A stretch of 64,000 nt of DNA from Armatimonadota bacterium (lineage in GTDB: Bacteria; Armatimonadota; HRBIN16): NCBI GenBank assembly GCA_963677485.1, contig OY781964.1, forward strand, positions 128,001 through 192,000, given 5' to 3'. Positions 49,901 through 60,812 of the stretch are shown in pieces. The notes below the pieces were generated by a model. It worked only from the letters and a program-made list of their open reading frames with translations, was not told where the DNA came from and did no database searches. The position numbers were made by a program, and so were the translations under genes. Position 1 is the first letter of the stretch. Every line of letters begins with the position of its first letter.

Positions 49901-50305
49901 ACCCAGTCTATTCGCATCCCACACAGTTGCCGGCTTGGCGACCTCGGCTCTTGAATTTCCAAAGTATAGCCAAAAGAACCGATCACTTTTGAGCTTGCTG
50001 ATGCGGGGAATGCGCACACAAACCCGGATGCCCTGTTGTGACCAGGAGACGATCTCAAGCGGAAGCGTCTTACCATAGGCTGACACCGCTCTGAGGTCAC
50101 GGCCATCAGCTTGGGCTAGTGTCCGTGCGAATTGGGTGTCCTTTAACTGCATCCACAGGGTAAAGTCGGTCATGTCCTCAGCGATCTCTGGAGCATTGAT
50201 ATCCACCCGCTGGCGGTACTGCCAGTGGCCATCCCACCAACTATCAGCTAAAGATATCGAACTGCAGAGTATCATCAAGCTCACCGCCATTATCATCACA
50301 CGCAT
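46952..50305 (-). CDS. Secreted GH127 (beta-L-arabinofuranosidase-like) with N-terminal DUF2341 and LamG domains
   Basis: WW...WQYRQ, DGRDLR, LYFGN (DUF2341); FNGDIEEIR (LamG); DGYLGP, ETCC, CCSTN, LRIPKWS, GPILL (GH127). Confidence 0.85.
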   Translation of the reverse strand: MRVMIMAVSLMILCSSISLADSWWDGHWQYRQRVDINAPEIAEDMTDFTLWMQLKDTQFARTLAQADGRDLRAVSAYGKTLPLEIVSWSQQGIRVCVRIPRISKLKSDRFFWLYFGNSRAEVAKPATVWDANRLGVFHLYNNVDNAVKISLRLEPTGHVAQHGWAPGMYLGHHNPWVSLYRAQPGFLKASAETVKTLGQDFTLACRIRPRGEGHLTVFSSDRYELSVETHKLVLQNRAGRELSVDRVSPDQWHSVVFTARADGECILSLDGTQFASGVLPAGADKPDRMYYGRSVTDAPDSQFNGDIEEIRLLNAARPKVWVLATAMSLSDSCPLVTTGDLEHMGKPTGLPAPPALCLPFDGMQAHRGVKKLEWNGSVGADEYCVRIYADRESAKLLKSIDVGKQTSFDLSAEQAGAATIYWTAVAKNSYGEVRSKELRRFTFVDWNKPADVATQTQVVQPEMVRPADLRIELDGYLRERVDQLVKFWIDMPDKNPGMLRILRERPQMDLLPWAGIYGGQYINSGQALWRLTHNEALKKRMDRFVKEYIACQRDDGYLGPFADLSGHIDIWSHYAIIDSLVNYYSDTGYQPALEAAQKAADLVIRVYGPQAGAYPKIGGGTEAMSHAMVLLYKETKEPRYLNFANYIVSEASNELDGVSYFRLGKEHRPIVEFPACRWEGVHNTQTLPELYWLNGDSDYRKAYEYLWWTMLRSDRHNTGGFTTDEALRGTPYAPGAIETCCTVAWIALSTDMLKLTGDSRAADELEWSTLNSALGSFPSDGSYAAYANQPDGRRKYGELVQGPADGPLLSCCSTNAPRAIGMIADWALMRKSDGLVLNYYGPSTMSATLETGQRITLKQVTEYPAKGDINIQVTVSEPSEFTVYLRIPKWSAHTRVTVNGEPQPQPVAGSYMVLRRRWQTGDVLHLALDFSLRVWKGEENYADKVSLYQGPILLSCDTRYDRSQSVGSKYPINMTGAHIEPVAWKGSNAPWLLTRLVDGDGHEFKLCDYASAGMSGSYYQSWFGCTQRIPSPFYLEEPHFGETGIELNWEARSGADHWVVIVSQGKDMAAGRRCGAVKGLKLVLPKMKPGRYYWTVMAESPYGETESANGPHELHIP

Positions 50306-50445
50306 CGTTGTCAGAAGCTCCTTATAAGGCCAAATTCATTTCAGTGTATCAGCAGTAAACTGATCATACAAATCAACGGAATATGTGTCATACCAGAACC
50401 GATCAATTGCTATACTGTAATCAGTGCCACTTAGGAGGAACCGCC

Positions 50446-51291
50446 ATGAAGATCATCTCTTTCGAAAACAACGGACAAGCGTGCTGGGGATTCACCCAGA
50501 ACGACCGAATATATGACCTCAGTGTGCCTACTGGCTTCAGCAGCCTTAAGAACTACCTGGACCACGGAGGGACGCTGGCTGAATTGCATAAGCTGAGTGT
50601 CGATGTCCCTGAACTGGGAGCCTTTGACACCTACCCCCTGCTCCCCCCGGTGCCAGACGCGGGGCGTATCTTCGGCATCGGCTGGAACTATGGAGAACAC
50701 TGCGCGGAGCAGAACCAGAAGCTGCCCAACTGTCCAGCGATATTCATGATGCCCCCCACAGCACTCACCGCGCACAACGCGACGGTCACCCGCCCGGCTA
50801 TCACCAGCCAACTGGATTATGAGGGCGAACTGGCTGTGGTGATCGCCAAAACCATTAATCACGCTACCGTTGAGAACGCGCTGGATGCCGTTTTCGGATA
50901 CACCATCCTGAATGATGTCACCGCTCGTGATCTACAGAACGCGGAGGGCCAGTGGACTCGCGCCAAAGGTGCCGATGGCTTCGCTCCCTGTGGGCCTTGG
51001 ATTATCACCGCCGACGAGATCCCTGATCCGCAGATACTGAACATTGAGACCCGCGTCAATGGAGAGATCAGGCAAAAGGCCTGCACATCCGACATGCTGT
51101 TCTCTGTCGCGAAAATCATCCAATTACTCACAGAGGTCATCACACTGCAGCCAGGTGATATCATCAGTACAGGTACGCCCAGCGGAGTTGGTGCCCACCG
51201 AAACCCGCCTGTGTTCCTTCAGCACGATGATGTTGTTGACATTACCATAGATAAGGTAGGCACACTGACTTCCATAGTCGCAACCGGATGA
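50446..51291 (+). CDS. Fumarylacetoacetate hydrolase family protein
   Basis: [46 protein letters not shown]; AGGAGG RBS. Confidence 0.92.
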   Translation: MKIISFENNGQACWGFTQNDRIYDLSVPTGFSSLKNYLDHGGTLAELHKLSVDVPELGAFDTYPLLPPVPDAGRIFGIGWNYGEHCAEQNQKLPNCPAIFMMPPTALTAHNATVTRPAITSQLDYEGELAVVIAKTINHATVENALDAVFGYTILNDVTARDLQNAEGQWTRAKGADGFAPCGPWIITADEIPDPQILNIETRVNGEIRQKACTSDMLFSVAKIIQLLTEVITLQPGDIISTGTPSGVGAHRNPPVFLQHDDVVDITIDKVGTLTSIVATG

Positions 51292-51361
51292 CGCCGATAA
51301 CGGGTATGCTCTATATAATGCATCTGGTTCAGCCAGTAAAATCACCTGGAGGTACACACCT

Positions 51362-53884
51362 ATGCGCGCAGTTGTGATGGCAGGTGGAGAGGGTACGCGC
51401 CTGCGCCCCCTGACCACCGGAAAGCCGAAACCATTGGTCCCCGTGATGAACCGCCCCATCATGGAACACATCTTCATGCACCTGAAGTCTTATGGAATCA
51501 CAGAGATTGTGGTGACACTATATTACCTTGCCGATCAGATTTCGGGCTATTTCGGTGACGGCTCTGAGCTCGGTCTGGATATCAAATACAGCATCGAAGA
51601 GAGCCCTCTCGGCACCGCAGGGGCAGTCAAACAGTGTGAGAAATACCTTAAAGATGACTCTTTCGTGATCGTCAGTGGAGACGCGCTAACCGATGCCCGC
51701 CTGGACCGCGCTATCAACTTCCACAGAGGGCGTGGAAGCATGGCCACGCTGTTATTAGCGCGGGTCCCAAACCCGCTGGAATTTGGTGTCGTCGTGACGG
51801 ACAACGACGGGCACATCGAGCGGTTCCTGGAAAAGCCCGACTGGAGCAATGTATTCAGCGATACGGTTAACACCGGTATGTATGTTCTAGAACCTGAAGT
51901 ATTTGACCTCATGGAGTCTGGTAAGAATGCAGACTGGAGCCAGGATGTTTTCCCAAAAATGCTACAGCAGCAAAAGGCACTCTATGGTTATGTATTGGGC
52001 GAAGACGAATACTGGTGCGACATAGGCAACCTGGAACAATACCGCGAGGCTCATGATCATATTTTCGACGGTAAAGTTAAGATCAGTATGAAAGCTGTCG
52101 AAAGCAGTCCTGGGATATGGGTTGAGCCAGGTGTCAATATACAAGCTGGTGCCAATCTGGAAGCACCCGTTTATGTCGGCAAACAGAGCATCATAAAGAA
52201 AAACGCTCACGTCGGTCCATATACAGTCATCGGTGAAAACTGCATCGTAGAAGAGCAAGCCACTGTAGAACGCAGTGTTCTTTGGGGTTCCGTTTATGTG
52301 GGCCGTGACAGCCATGTCTCCAGCTCCGTGGTCGCCTCACACAGCGTGTTAAAACGGGAAGTCACCGTGCGGGAAAACTGCGTGATCGGTGACCATGTGA
52401 CGATGGGCTCAGGCAGCACCTTGAAGGCCGGTTTGAAGATCTGGCCTGATAAGTATATTGAACGCGGTGCTGTGGTGACGATGAGCTTAATATGGGGGCG
52501 CAACTGGCAAGGATCATTGTTCCGAGCACTGGGAGTGCAGGGCATCACCAATGTCGAGCTAACCCCCGATTTCGCCAGTAAACTGGCCGCCAGTTATGGT
52601 GCCAGCCTGCGTAAAGGCAACACTGTGTTGTTAGCCCGTGACAGCCACCGCGCCTCCAGGATGATCAAACACAGCGTGTTAAGTGGGCTGCTGAGCATGG
52701 GAATGAATGTGGTGGACCTCCGCACGATGCCCGTTCCGATTGTCCGTCACTATATAAGTGTAGCCAGTGCTTCGGGCGGCATTAATATACGAGTATCACC
52801 GAATAACCCCCGTCTCACCGTGTTGGAATTCTTCGACAAGAACGGTGTTTACCTCTCAAAGCAGGCAGAACGAAAAATCGAGAGCATCTTTTTTCGCGAA
52901 GATTTCGCACGAACTGATGCCGATGCCATTGGCGAGCTGGATTACGATGCCAGAACGGTAGAGCAGTACCAAGCAGATTTCAGCAGGCATATCGAGAGCC
53001 GCCTGCTCACGGGTTCAAACTACCGCGTGGTGGTGGATTTCGCGTTTCACCGTATGGCCAGCATTCTGCCGTCCATCCTGGGCCGGCTAGATTGCGATGT
53101 CATAGCACTCAATGCCTATTCGGACCCTGATAGGGCTCCGCACAATGCAAGCGATCGGTTTAACCACATCGAGAACCTGAGCCAGATCGTGAACACACTC
53201 AACGCCGATATGGGTGTGCTGTTTGAAAGCGACGGTGAGCGCATGGTCATCGTCACACCGCAGGGCGTGGTGTTGAGCGACCAGCAACTCTTTCTGCTGT
53301 ATGCTCAGACGATGGCAAAAGCACATCGAAAGACACGTGTCGTAGCCCCCGTATATGTCAGCTCTACGCTGGAATCTATAGTCGCCCAATACGGTGGTGA
53401 AGTGGTGCGTTCGCGTTGCGATATCCGCGACATCCATGCCGTGACTCTTTCGCAGGATCCCCCGATATCACTAGCCAGTGATGGCTTCGGCGGTTTTATC
53501 CTGCCGCAGTTCCAAAATTCGTATGATGCACTGTTCGCATTTACCAAACTGCTGGAACTGCTCAGCAGAGCCAACACCACACTTCCTGAACAGGTCGCTT
53601 GTTTACCGGAACTACACATACGCCACGAAACAGTACCCTGTCCCTGGGAACTCAAGGGTATGGTGATGCGGAAACTCACCGAGCAGTATCAAGACAACCA
53701 TAATGTCGACCTTCTGGACGGGATTAAGGTCCGAGACGAAACGGGATGGAACCTGATCCTGCCCGATGCATTTGACCCGGTATTCCACATCTGGAGCGAA
53801 GATACGAATGCTGAGGATGTGGTATTTCGCGTCATGCACACGTGTGAGGTCGTCAAAGCCATCGTCGAAATCAAGGAAAAATAA
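51362..53884 (+). CDS. Mannose-1-phosphate guanylyltransferase / phosphomannomutase-domain fusion
   Basis: [28 protein letters not shown], hexapeptide repeats, then a PGM/PMM-like fold (LF...[12 protein letters not shown]). Confidence 0.9.
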   Translation: MRAVVMAGGEGTRLRPLTTGKPKPLVPVMNRPIMEHIFMHLKSYGITEIVVTLYYLADQISGYFGDGSELGLDIKYSIEESPLGTAGAVKQCEKYLKDDSFVIVSGDALTDARLDRAINFHRGRGSMATLLLARVPNPLEFGVVVTDNDGHIERFLEKPDWSNVFSDTVNTGMYVLEPEVFDLMESGKNADWSQDVFPKMLQQQKALYGYVLGEDEYWCDIGNLEQYREAHDHIFDGKVKISMKAVESSPGIWVEPGVNIQAGANLEAPVYVGKQSIIKKNAHVGPYTVIGENCIVEEQATVERSVLWGSVYVGRDSHVSSSVVASHSVLKREVTVRENCVIGDHVTMGSGSTLKAGLKIWPDKYIERGAVVTMSLIWGRNWQGSLFRALGVQGITNVELTPDFASKLAASYGASLRKGNTVLLARDSHRASRMIKHSVLSGLLSMGMNVVDLRTMPVPIVRHYISVASASGGINIRVSPNNPRLTVLEFFDKNGVYLSKQAERKIESIFFREDFARTDADAIGELDYDARTVEQYQADFSRHIESRLLTGSNYRVVVDFAFHRMASILPSILGRLDCDVIALNAYSDPDRAPHNASDRFNHIENLSQIVNTLNADMGVLFESDGERMVIVTPQGVVLSDQQLFLLYAQTMAKAHRKTRVVAPVYVSSTLESIVAQYGGEVVRSRCDIRDIHAVTLSQDPPISLASDGFGGFILPQFQNSYDALFAFTKLLELLSRANTTLPEQVACLPELHIRHETVPCPWELKGMVMRKLTEQYQDNHNVDLLDGIKVRDETGWNLILPDAFDPVFHIWSEDTNAEDVVFRVMHTCEVVKAIVEIKEK

Positions 53885-53887
53885 GAA

Positions 53888-53916
53888 AGCGGGCTGGAAA
53901 TCACTTCCAGCCCGCT
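53888..53916. terminator. Hairpin between convergent genes
   Basis: agcgggctggaa-atcac-ttccagcccgct. Confidence 0.7.
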
Positions 53917-53959
53917 CCTCATATCTGCAGTTTCGCATGACCACAAGGGTCATCTACGA

Positions 53960-54733
53960 TCAGATCGCGTAATTCAACCGCTTCCATACCATATGCAGTC
54001 CATCCAGGGTCAGCCAGGGGTCTACATGCTCAATCAGCTTGCAGGCCTGGGCTACAAGCGCGGCGTGCCCACCGGTTGCTATCACCACAGGGTCTCCCCC
54101 CAGCTCATCAGCCACGCGAGATATCATCGCGTCGATACCACCAGCATAACTGTAGTACAACCCGCTCTGCATCGCTTCGACAGTGCTTTTACCGATGGCA
54201 TGGAGTGGCGGTTCAATGCTCACACGGGGCAGTCTGGAGGTCTTCAGGTATAGTCCTTCGGCGCTGGTCTCAAGACCAGGCAAAATTACTCCGCCGTAGT
54301 AAGCCGGTGTGGCGTCCACCACATCAAACGTCGTGGCGGTACCCAAGTCTACTACGATGGCCGGCGCTCGGTACTTCTGAACTGCTGCGACCGCATTGAC
54401 CAGCCGGTCCGCACCAATCTCCAGGGGATTAGGGTAGTTGATACCAATCCCCAAGTCCATGCTGGCGTTGATGAACAGTGGCGTGGTGCCGAAGTAAACC
54501 TCAATGGCCTGTGTCATTGTGCTGTTCAGAGGGGGCACGACGTTGCCCACGATCGCCCCTTTGATCAGCGTCGGGTGCAGGCCCACGATTTGCATCAAGT
54601 GCGTAAACAGCAGGCCATACTCGTCAGCGGTGCGCTGCCGGTCGGTACGCACACGCCAATGATGCCTCAGCCGCGAGCCGTCGTATAGTCCCAGCACGAT
54701 GTTGGTATTACCGATATCTACGGCCAGCAGCAT
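53960..54733 (-). CDS. coaX: Type III pantothenate kinase
   Basis: LAVDIGNTN, GADR, VVDLGTATTFD, GG.ILPG, IATGG. Confidence 0.95.
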   Translation of the reverse strand: MLLAVDIGNTNIVLGLYDGSRLRHHWRVRTDRQRTADEYGLLFTHLMQIVGLHPTLIKGAIVGNVVPPLNSTMTQAIEVYFGTTPLFINASMDLGIGINYPNPLEIGADRLVNAVAAVQKYRAPAIVVDLGTATTFDVVDATPAYYGGVILPGLETSAEGLYLKTSRLPRVSIEPPLHAIGKSTVEAMQSGLYYSYAGGIDAMISRVADELGGDPVVIATGGHAALVAQACKLIEHVDPWLTLDGLHMVWKRLNYAI

Positions 54734-54738
54734 CTAAA

Positions 54739-56088
54739 TCAGTCCTCTAGCTTCCCGCAGACCGCCAGCACTTTCTCAGCCAGGGCGTTAGCGACTTCCT
54801 GAACTTTTTGGGAATCACCCGCTTCTACCATCACGCGAACCTTAGGTTCGGTGCCACTGGCCCGGATGTTCACCCTGGAAGGCTCTCCAAGTTGATCCAG
54901 CCCCCACTGCTCATATTTCGCAGCTTCAGGGCTTAATGCCCACGCGTCTTTGTTCTTCACACGCATACTGAGTAGCCGTTGAGGGTATTCCTGCATGATG
55001 CCAGCAAGATCAGACATGGACTTGCCTGTCTTCTGCATGATGGCCAGCATTTGAAGGGCTGTTAAGAGACCGTCTCCCGTGGTGGCATATTCCGTAAAGA
55101 TGATATGTCCGCTCTTCTCACCGCCCAGACTGGCACTGGTGCTGCGCATCCGTTCCGCAACGTAACGGTCACCTACGGTGGTGCGCTGTACACTCACACC
55201 GCACTTCTCCATCGCATCATCAAGACCAAGGTTACTCATGATGGTGGCGACTAACAGGTTACCCTTCAAGCGGCCAGCCTCTTTAAAGTGTTTGGCAGCA
55301 ATGGCCATCATCCGGTCGCCATCTACCTCAACACCGTTTTGGTCGCCCATGATCACACGGTCAGCATCGCCATCAAAGCAGATACCGCACTGCGCACCAC
55401 GCTGCACGACGGTCTGAAGCATCGTCTCAGGATGCAGTGAGCCGCAGTTCTTATTGATGTTGGTGCCATCTGGCGAGCAGTTGATCGTGATCACGTCAGC
55501 ACCCAATGAGGCCAGCAGACGGGGTGCCACTTCGCTATTCGCTCCGTGTGCGGCATCCACCACAATCTTCATCCCTTCGAGGGTGCAGTCGATGCTCTCC
55601 CTGAGGTGCTGCAGATAGTCGCTCACCATCTCACCGCCATCTAGCACATGGCCGATCTTTTCGGCGCGCGCGTTGGCCATAGCTTCCCAGTTATTGAGTT
55701 GCTTTTCAATGGCGTCTTCAGTATCATCGGCCAGTTTACATCCGTCAGCACCGAGGAACTTGATGCCGTTGTCCGTGAAGTCGTTGTGACTGGCCGAAAT
55801 GACCACTCCAGCATCTGCACCGAACTTGCGCGTGAGATAGGCCACTGCGGGGGTAGGCACGACACCGAGCAGCGTCACATTCGCTCCCGCCGCGCATAGC
55901 CCTGCCACCAACCCGGCCTCCAGCATACTGCCAGAAAGCCTGGTGTCACGTCCAACCAAAACCATTGGAGCCGCCTCACCCGACCTCAGCACATGGGCAG
56001 CTGTCACCCCCATTTTCAATGCGAGCAGTGGTGTCAGAAGTTCGTTCGCAACGCCACGGACGCCGTCGGTACCGAATAGAGTGGCCAT
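54739..56088 (-). CDS. glmM: Phosphoglucosamine mutase
   Basis: FGTDGVRG, GRDTRLSG, ISASHN, DGDADR, VGDRYV, GGEKSGH, RASGTEP. Confidence 0.95.
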   Translation of the reverse strand: MATLFGTDGVRGVANELLTPLLALKMGVTAAHVLRSGEAAPMVLVGRDTRLSGSMLEAGLVAGLCAAGANVTLLGVVPTPAVAYLTRKFGADAGVVISASHNDFTDNGIKFLGADGCKLADDTEDAIEKQLNNWEAMANARAEKIGHVLDGGEMVSDYLQHLRESIDCTLEGMKIVVDAAHGANSEVAPRLLASLGADVITINCSPDGTNINKNCGSLHPETMLQTVVQRGAQCGICFDGDADRVIMGDQNGVEVDGDRMMAIAAKHFKEAGRLKGNLLVATIMSNLGLDDAMEKCGVSVQRTTVGDRYVAERMRSTSASLGGEKSGHIIFTEYATTGDGLLTALQMLAIMQKTGKSMSDLAGIMQEYPQRLLSMRVKNKDAWALSPEAAKYEQWGLDQLGEPSRVNIRASGTEPKVRVMVEAGDSQKVQEVANALAEKVLAVCGKLED

Positions 56089-56184
56089 ATATTACCTCGT
56101 ATAAACATGTTTGCAGAAACTAAAATACACAGGCCAGAAATAACAGGCCAGTGTATTATGATATCAACACCAAGAACAGATCAC

Positions 56185-56781
56185 CTAATCCGCCTTGGCG
56201 ACGCCCACTTTACTGGCTCGAATCACCCGCTTATTGAGTGTGTATCCGCGCTCCAGTTCCAGCACAATGGTGTCATCTTCCACACCCTCTTCGGCAGGAA
56301 CTCGCATCATCGCTTCATGCCGGTTCGGGTCAAAAGCCACGCCGGCTGTTTCGATAACCTCGACGCCTTCATCGGTCAGTATCTTCATCAACTGAGCACG
56401 AACCATAGTGATGCCCTCAAGCACAGAGACGACGGAAGCGGTCTCAGTATCTACCTGCATGGCACGCTCAAAGTTATCGACTACGCCTAACAGCTTTTTG
56501 ACAAAACCCTCGAGTTTATACTGTCCGATCTCATCCATCTGCTGCTGCGTACGGCGTTTCAAGTTCTGGTAGTCCGCCACCTGCCTCAGGTAGGCGTCGT
56601 TCAACTGGTCAACTTTGGCACTCATCTCAGCCAGGTCAGCCTGCAACTGCGCCACATCAACCACGGGGCTGTCGTCACCCTGCGGTATTTCTGAATTGGC
56701 GGTGTCGGCAGTGGCCTGTTCTGAAGTGCCGTCAATGACCGTATCTGGATTGTTTGTTGTTCTTTTTGTATTGCGTTTCAT
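56185..56781 (-). CDS. grpE: Nucleotide exchange factor GrpE
   Basis: LRQVADYQNLKRR, VVDNFERA, FDPNRHEA, GY.LNKRVIRASKV. Confidence 0.95.
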   Translation of the reverse strand: MKRNTKRTTNNPDTVIDGTSEQATADTANSEIPQGDDSPVVDVAQLQADLAEMSAKVDQLNDAYLRQVADYQNLKRRTQQQMDEIGQYKLEGFVKKLLGVVDNFERAMQVDTETASVVSVLEGITMVRAQLMKILTDEGVEVIETAGVAFDPNRHEAMMRVPAEEGVEDDTIVLELERGYTLNKRVIRASKVGVAKAD

Positions 56782-56848
56782 TTGTGTCTCCTGACCATAT
56801 CCTGTTGTTGCTATTAATTACATTGTACCAACGATACAGAAAAGGCCC

Positions 56849-57898
56849 TCAATCGGCGATGCTCATCTTGTCCATCAACTGAGACAGTGCCTGGGCGATC
56901 GCCTCCACTGCGGCGATAGCGATGGGATAGTTCATCCTGGTTGGTCCCAAAACACACAACTTCCCCATGCGCTGGTCACCAGCATGGTAGGTCGTCACCA
57001 CAAAACTGAAGTGCCGAAGCTTCTCAAGCGGGTTTTCATCACCGATGGTGGTATGGGCATTGGGAGGTAAAGTCAGTTGATGAAGCAGTTTTGCCATAGC
57101 CCCAGTGTCACTGAACAGCTCCATCACAGGGCTCAGACGGTCCGAAGATTGGAACTCAGGCTGCTCAAGAAGGTATTGCAGGCCATCCCAAAACATTCTC
57201 TGCCGGTTCAAAGCCTGAACACAACTCTCCATCGCAGATTCCACCATTTGCCATACAGGTTCCAGATGATGCAGCTCATTGGGCAGCACAATCGACCCAG
57301 CCATGATCTCATCGATAGACTTACTAGCCCAGTAGTCATTTCCTAACTGGTTGAGTGTGGAAAGTTGGGGCTGGGTCAAACCAGTCTCCAGCGTGATGAG
57401 CCTGTGCTCGACCATGCCAGAATCTGCGATCACCACCAAAACCAGCTTGTCAGCCGATGGTTTTGTCAGAAGCACCTCTTTGATGGAGCCACTGCGTCCA
57501 TGAGGCGCCGTCGCCACACAAGCGGTGTGGGTGGCATCTGCCAACAGCTTACATGTAGCCGCCAACAGCCAGTCTATCTCGCCTATGTGCGAACTATGCA
57601 GCCCCATCGTACCGATATCACTAAGCTCTGGATACTCGGAAGATGGCTGCGTGGGCATCAAGCGGTCGACGAAGTATCGATACCCCATGCACGACGGGAT
57701 ACGTCCGGCACTGGTATGTGGCTGAAGGAGGTAGCCAAGGTCGCTCATTTCGGCCATTTCATTGCGTACAGTCGCAGCACGCACTCCAAGGGGGTAGCGT
57801 TCTACCAGCCCACTTGAGCCTACAGGTTCGGCCGAATGGACATAGTCATTTATAATCGCTTGAAGGATAACAGATTTTCGGCTGTCTAATATACGCAT
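56849..57898 (-). CDS. hrcA: Heat-inducible transcription repressor
   Basis: EPVGS, ATVRNEM, QPHTSAGRIPS..GYRYFVD, GPTRMNY. Confidence 0.95.
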   Translation of the reverse strand: MRILDSRKSVILQAIINDYVHSAEPVGSSGLVERYPLGVRAATVRNEMAEMSDLGYLLQPHTSAGRIPSCMGYRYFVDRLMPTQPSSEYPELSDIGTMGLHSSHIGEIDWLLAATCKLLADATHTACVATAPHGRSGSIKEVLLTKPSADKLVLVVIADSGMVEHRLITLETGLTQPQLSTLNQLGNDYWASKSIDEIMAGSIVLPNELHHLEPVWQMVESAMESCVQALNRQRMFWDGLQYLLEQPEFQSSDRLSPVMELFSDTGAMAKLLHQLTLPPNAHTTIGDENPLEKLRHFSFVVTTYHAGDQRMGKLCVLGPTRMNYPIAIAAVEAIAQALSQLMDKMSIAD

Positions 57899-58065
57899 CT
57901 AATCACCCATATATATATGTACGCCATCTTGGTAATAATGCGCAAATCTGTACGCTATGTGCTGGTAGAATAAACAGGAAGTAATTTGCTACCATCGCTT
58001 GTACGGAGTGATGGCGGTAGCGTGATAATCGATCTGCAACCTGAAAGTGATAGGAGCCTTCCACC

Positions 58066-58479
58066 ATGAAATCAGCAACAAAATATCTGTATATCAACAC
58101 GACGAAACGCCGTGAATACATCAACATCACCAACGAAGTCAGCAGTCTCGTGCGCGAGTGCGGAATACGTGAGGGGTTTGTGCTGGTGAGTGCCATGCAT
58201 ATAACCGCCGCCGTATACGTGAACGACGCAGAAGACGGCTTAATTCAAGACATAGATGAGTGGCTTGAGAAACTCGCTCCAGCTAACCCCAACTACTTGC
58301 ACCATAATACCGGTGAAGATAATGGTGATGCCCATCTGAAGTGCCTGCTGCTGCACCATGAAGTCATAGTGCCAATCACACAAGGAACACTAGACCTGGG
58401 TACATGGCAGCAGATTTACTACGCCGAATTTGACGGCATGCGCCGAAAAAGAATTATTATCAAAGCCATAGGAGACTAA
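58066..58479 (+). CDS. yjbQ: YjbQ family protein (UPF0047)
   Basis: [36 protein letters not shown]. Confidence 0.92.
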   Translation: MKSATKYLYINTTKRREYINITNEVSSLVRECGIREGFVLVSAMHITAAVYVNDAEDGLIQDIDEWLEKLAPANPNYLHHNTGEDNGDAHLKCLLLHHEVIVPITQGTLDLGTWQQIYYAEFDGMRRKRIIIKAIGD

Positions 58480-58487
58480 AATTTCAT

Positions 58488-60299
58488 ATGTCCACCTCAC
58501 AACAGGCCGTGGTGCCAGGGAACACCCTGTGTGAGATCTTCTGGAATGTCGTAAGGAGCACACCCGATCAGCCCGCTCTGGGCCGGATCGTAAACAAAAC
58601 AATCCAGTCGATCACATACCGCGAATATGGACGTCAGGTTAAGTGTTTAGCCAACGGACTCTCGCAGTTAGGCATAGGCTCAGCCACACCAGCACTTATT
58701 ATCTCCGAAAACCGAAAAGAATGGGCCATCACCGACTTGGCTATGCTATGCCTTGGTGCCATTCTAGTTCCTGTATACACCACACTGCCGGTCGGGCAGA
58801 TCGTTCATCTCGCCTCCGATTCACAGGCAACTACTATCTTTGCCAGTAGCAAAGAACTGGTAGCTAAAGCACGTGAAGTGCAGAGCCAGGTACCGTCTGT
58901 CAAGCGAGTGATTGTGTTTGAGGACTATACCGACCGTCCAGATGACGTGCTGCTGTGGAGCGATCTGCAGGAATCAGGCAGCAAATCCGCCCCTTCAGAT
59001 GACCAATTTGCCCAGCAAATTGCCCAGGTCAAATCGAATCAGCTTGCCACCATCATTTATACCAGCGGTACCACCGGTCTGCCCAAGGGCGTGATGCTGA
59101 CACACCACAACATCGTGTCAGATATGAAATCTATATTTCGAGTTATTTATCCCGTACCTGAAGACACATTTCTATCATTCCTACCATTGAGTCATGTGTT
59201 CGAACGCACAGGCGGTCACTACGTGCCGATGGCGGTCGGTGCCCACATCATCTACTGCCGTAGCCTGTTCACAGTGGCTGAAGACCTTCAAATTGTAAAA
59301 CCGACTATCATGATGGCAGTGCCCCGCTTCTTTGAGAGTATCAAGGCGCATATGTTTGACAAGGTGCGCCGGCTGACCCTTCCACAACAGAAGGCGTTCC
59401 AGTGGTCGTTGAAAATCGGGCGCACCACCTGGCAAATGAAGCGTGAAGGCACACTGACAAAAGCACAGGAGATGCTATACCACACCGCAGATAAAGCGGC
59501 GTTGAGTAAAACCCGTGAGTTTACCGGCGGCAACCTGCGTTTCTTTATCTCCGGTGGCGCAGCCATCGACACAGAGACGGCCTATTTGTTCCTGTCACTG
59601 GGCATCCCATTCATCGAAGGATATGGGCTCACCGAGACATCACCCGTGTTAACCGTCGGCACCAGCGACATCTACCGGCCAGGTACCATCGGCAAGCCGA
59701 TACCTGGTGTGGAGGTGCGCATTGCCGAGGACGGGGAACTGCTGGCACGCGGCGAGAACATCATGAAGGGTTACCATAACCGCCCTCAGGCTACCGCCGA
59801 GGCGATTGACGCTGAAGGCTGGCTGCACACTGGCGATCTTGGCTCCATAGACGATGAGGGCATCATTAAGATCGTCGGTCGCAAGAAAGAGATCATCGTG
59901 CTGGCCAACGGTAAGAATGTGGCCCCGCAGGTGGTTGAAAGCGATCTGCGACAGTCACCTTTCATCAAGGAGATCGTGCTGTTCGGCGATGAGCAGGTCA
60001 CACTAGTGGCGCTCATCACCCTGGACAGAACCAAGATGGAAGAGTGGGCGAAGCGCCAGAGGATACAAGCCGATAGCTATGAGCAGCTCCTGCAGAACAC
60101 CGATGTCATCAAACACATACGGAAAGAGCTGGAACAACGATCAAGCCAACTGGCTGACTTTGAGCGTGTGAAGAAATTCAAGCTGCTGGCCAATGACTTT
60201 ACGGTAGACGGCGGGGAGCTGACCCCTACGCTGAAGACCAGGCGGCATGAAATACGGGCAAAGTATGCAACGGAAATCGAGAGCATGTTCCGGCACTAA
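58488..60299 (+). CDS. Long-chain fatty acid--CoA ligase
   Basis: YTSGTTGLPKGVMLTH, FLPLSHVFER, EGYGLTETSP, GWLHTGDLG, GRKKEII, ELTPTLK. Confidence 0.93.
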   Translation: MSTSQQAVVPGNTLCEIFWNVVRSTPDQPALGRIVNKTIQSITYREYGRQVKCLANGLSQLGIGSATPALIISENRKEWAITDLAMLCLGAILVPVYTTLPVGQIVHLASDSQATTIFASSKELVAKAREVQSQVPSVKRVIVFEDYTDRPDDVLLWSDLQESGSKSAPSDDQFAQQIAQVKSNQLATIIYTSGTTGLPKGVMLTHHNIVSDMKSIFRVIYPVPEDTFLSFLPLSHVFERTGGHYVPMAVGAHIIYCRSLFTVAEDLQIVKPTIMMAVPRFFESIKAHMFDKVRRLTLPQQKAFQWSLKIGRTTWQMKREGTLTKAQEMLYHTADKAALSKTREFTGGNLRFFISGGAAIDTETAYLFLSLGIPFIEGYGLTETSPVLTVGTSDIYRPGTIGKPIPGVEVRIAEDGELLARGENIMKGYHNRPQATAEAIDAEGWLHTGDLGSIDDEGIIKIVGRKKEIIVLANGKNVAPQVVESDLRQSPFIKEIVLFGDEQVTLVALITLDRTKMEEWAKRQRIQADSYEQLLQNTDVIKHIRKELEQRSSQLADFERVKKFKLLANDFTVDGGELTPTLKTRRHEIRAKYATEIESMFRH

Positions 60300-60366
60300 G
60301 CCATACCATGGGGCGTAGTTTCTGCGCCCCTCTACCCCATTTGTTTTACCGCAACGGATTATACCC

Positions 60367-60561
60367 CTACCCTAAGATCGCCTGCACACGCCCCACTTTA
60401 CCATCAGTGAGCATCACCTTGATGCCGTGCGGGTGCGTCGCGCTGCTGGTCAGCAGCCGTGCCACCACACCTTCCGTGCGTTGACCTGTTGGCTGGTTCT
60501 GCTTCTCCACGATACTCACCCGCTTGCCGGGTGTGATCTCACTACGTGCTGGTACTGGCAT
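60367..60561 (-). CDS. YwbE family protein (DUF2196)
   Basis: G.V..LLTSS.THPHGIKV.L.DG.VGRV; AAGGAG RBS. Confidence 0.88.
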   Translation of the reverse strand: MPVPARSEITPGKRVSIVEKQNQPTGQRTEGVVARLLTSSATHPHGIKVMLTDGKVGRVQAILG

Positions 60562-60583
60562 GTTTTCTCCTTGTAGTTAACTA

Positions 60584-60670
60584 GTCGTAGGGGCATCCCT
60601 TGTGGGCGCCCGCAACAAGAACTATCGATTGATCAACGATTAGGGTGCCCACAAGGAACGCCCCTACGAC
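60584..60670. repeat. GTAG-type REP doublet (REPIN)
   Basis: gtcGTAGgggcatcccttgtgggcgccc and inverted gggtgcccacaaggaacgcccCTACgac (25/28); a third partial unit lies near 61872-61895. Confidence 0.8.
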
Positions 60671-60812
60671 ATTATAAATCTCAGCCTATGCTGCCGTGCA
60701 TGCACGGTCGGGTGCTATTTTTATACCATCAGTCATCCTCTACATAATACTCCGCTGGTAACAACACCAAAGCGGTGGTATCATACCGCTAAATACACAG
60801 CAGGAGTGGCGC

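Noticed and set aside
52500-53884. Missing SHNP phosphoserine motif in the PMM-like domain as a novel pseudoenzyme
   Set aside because: This degeneration is, to my knowledge, typical of the widespread GMPP-PMM fusion family.
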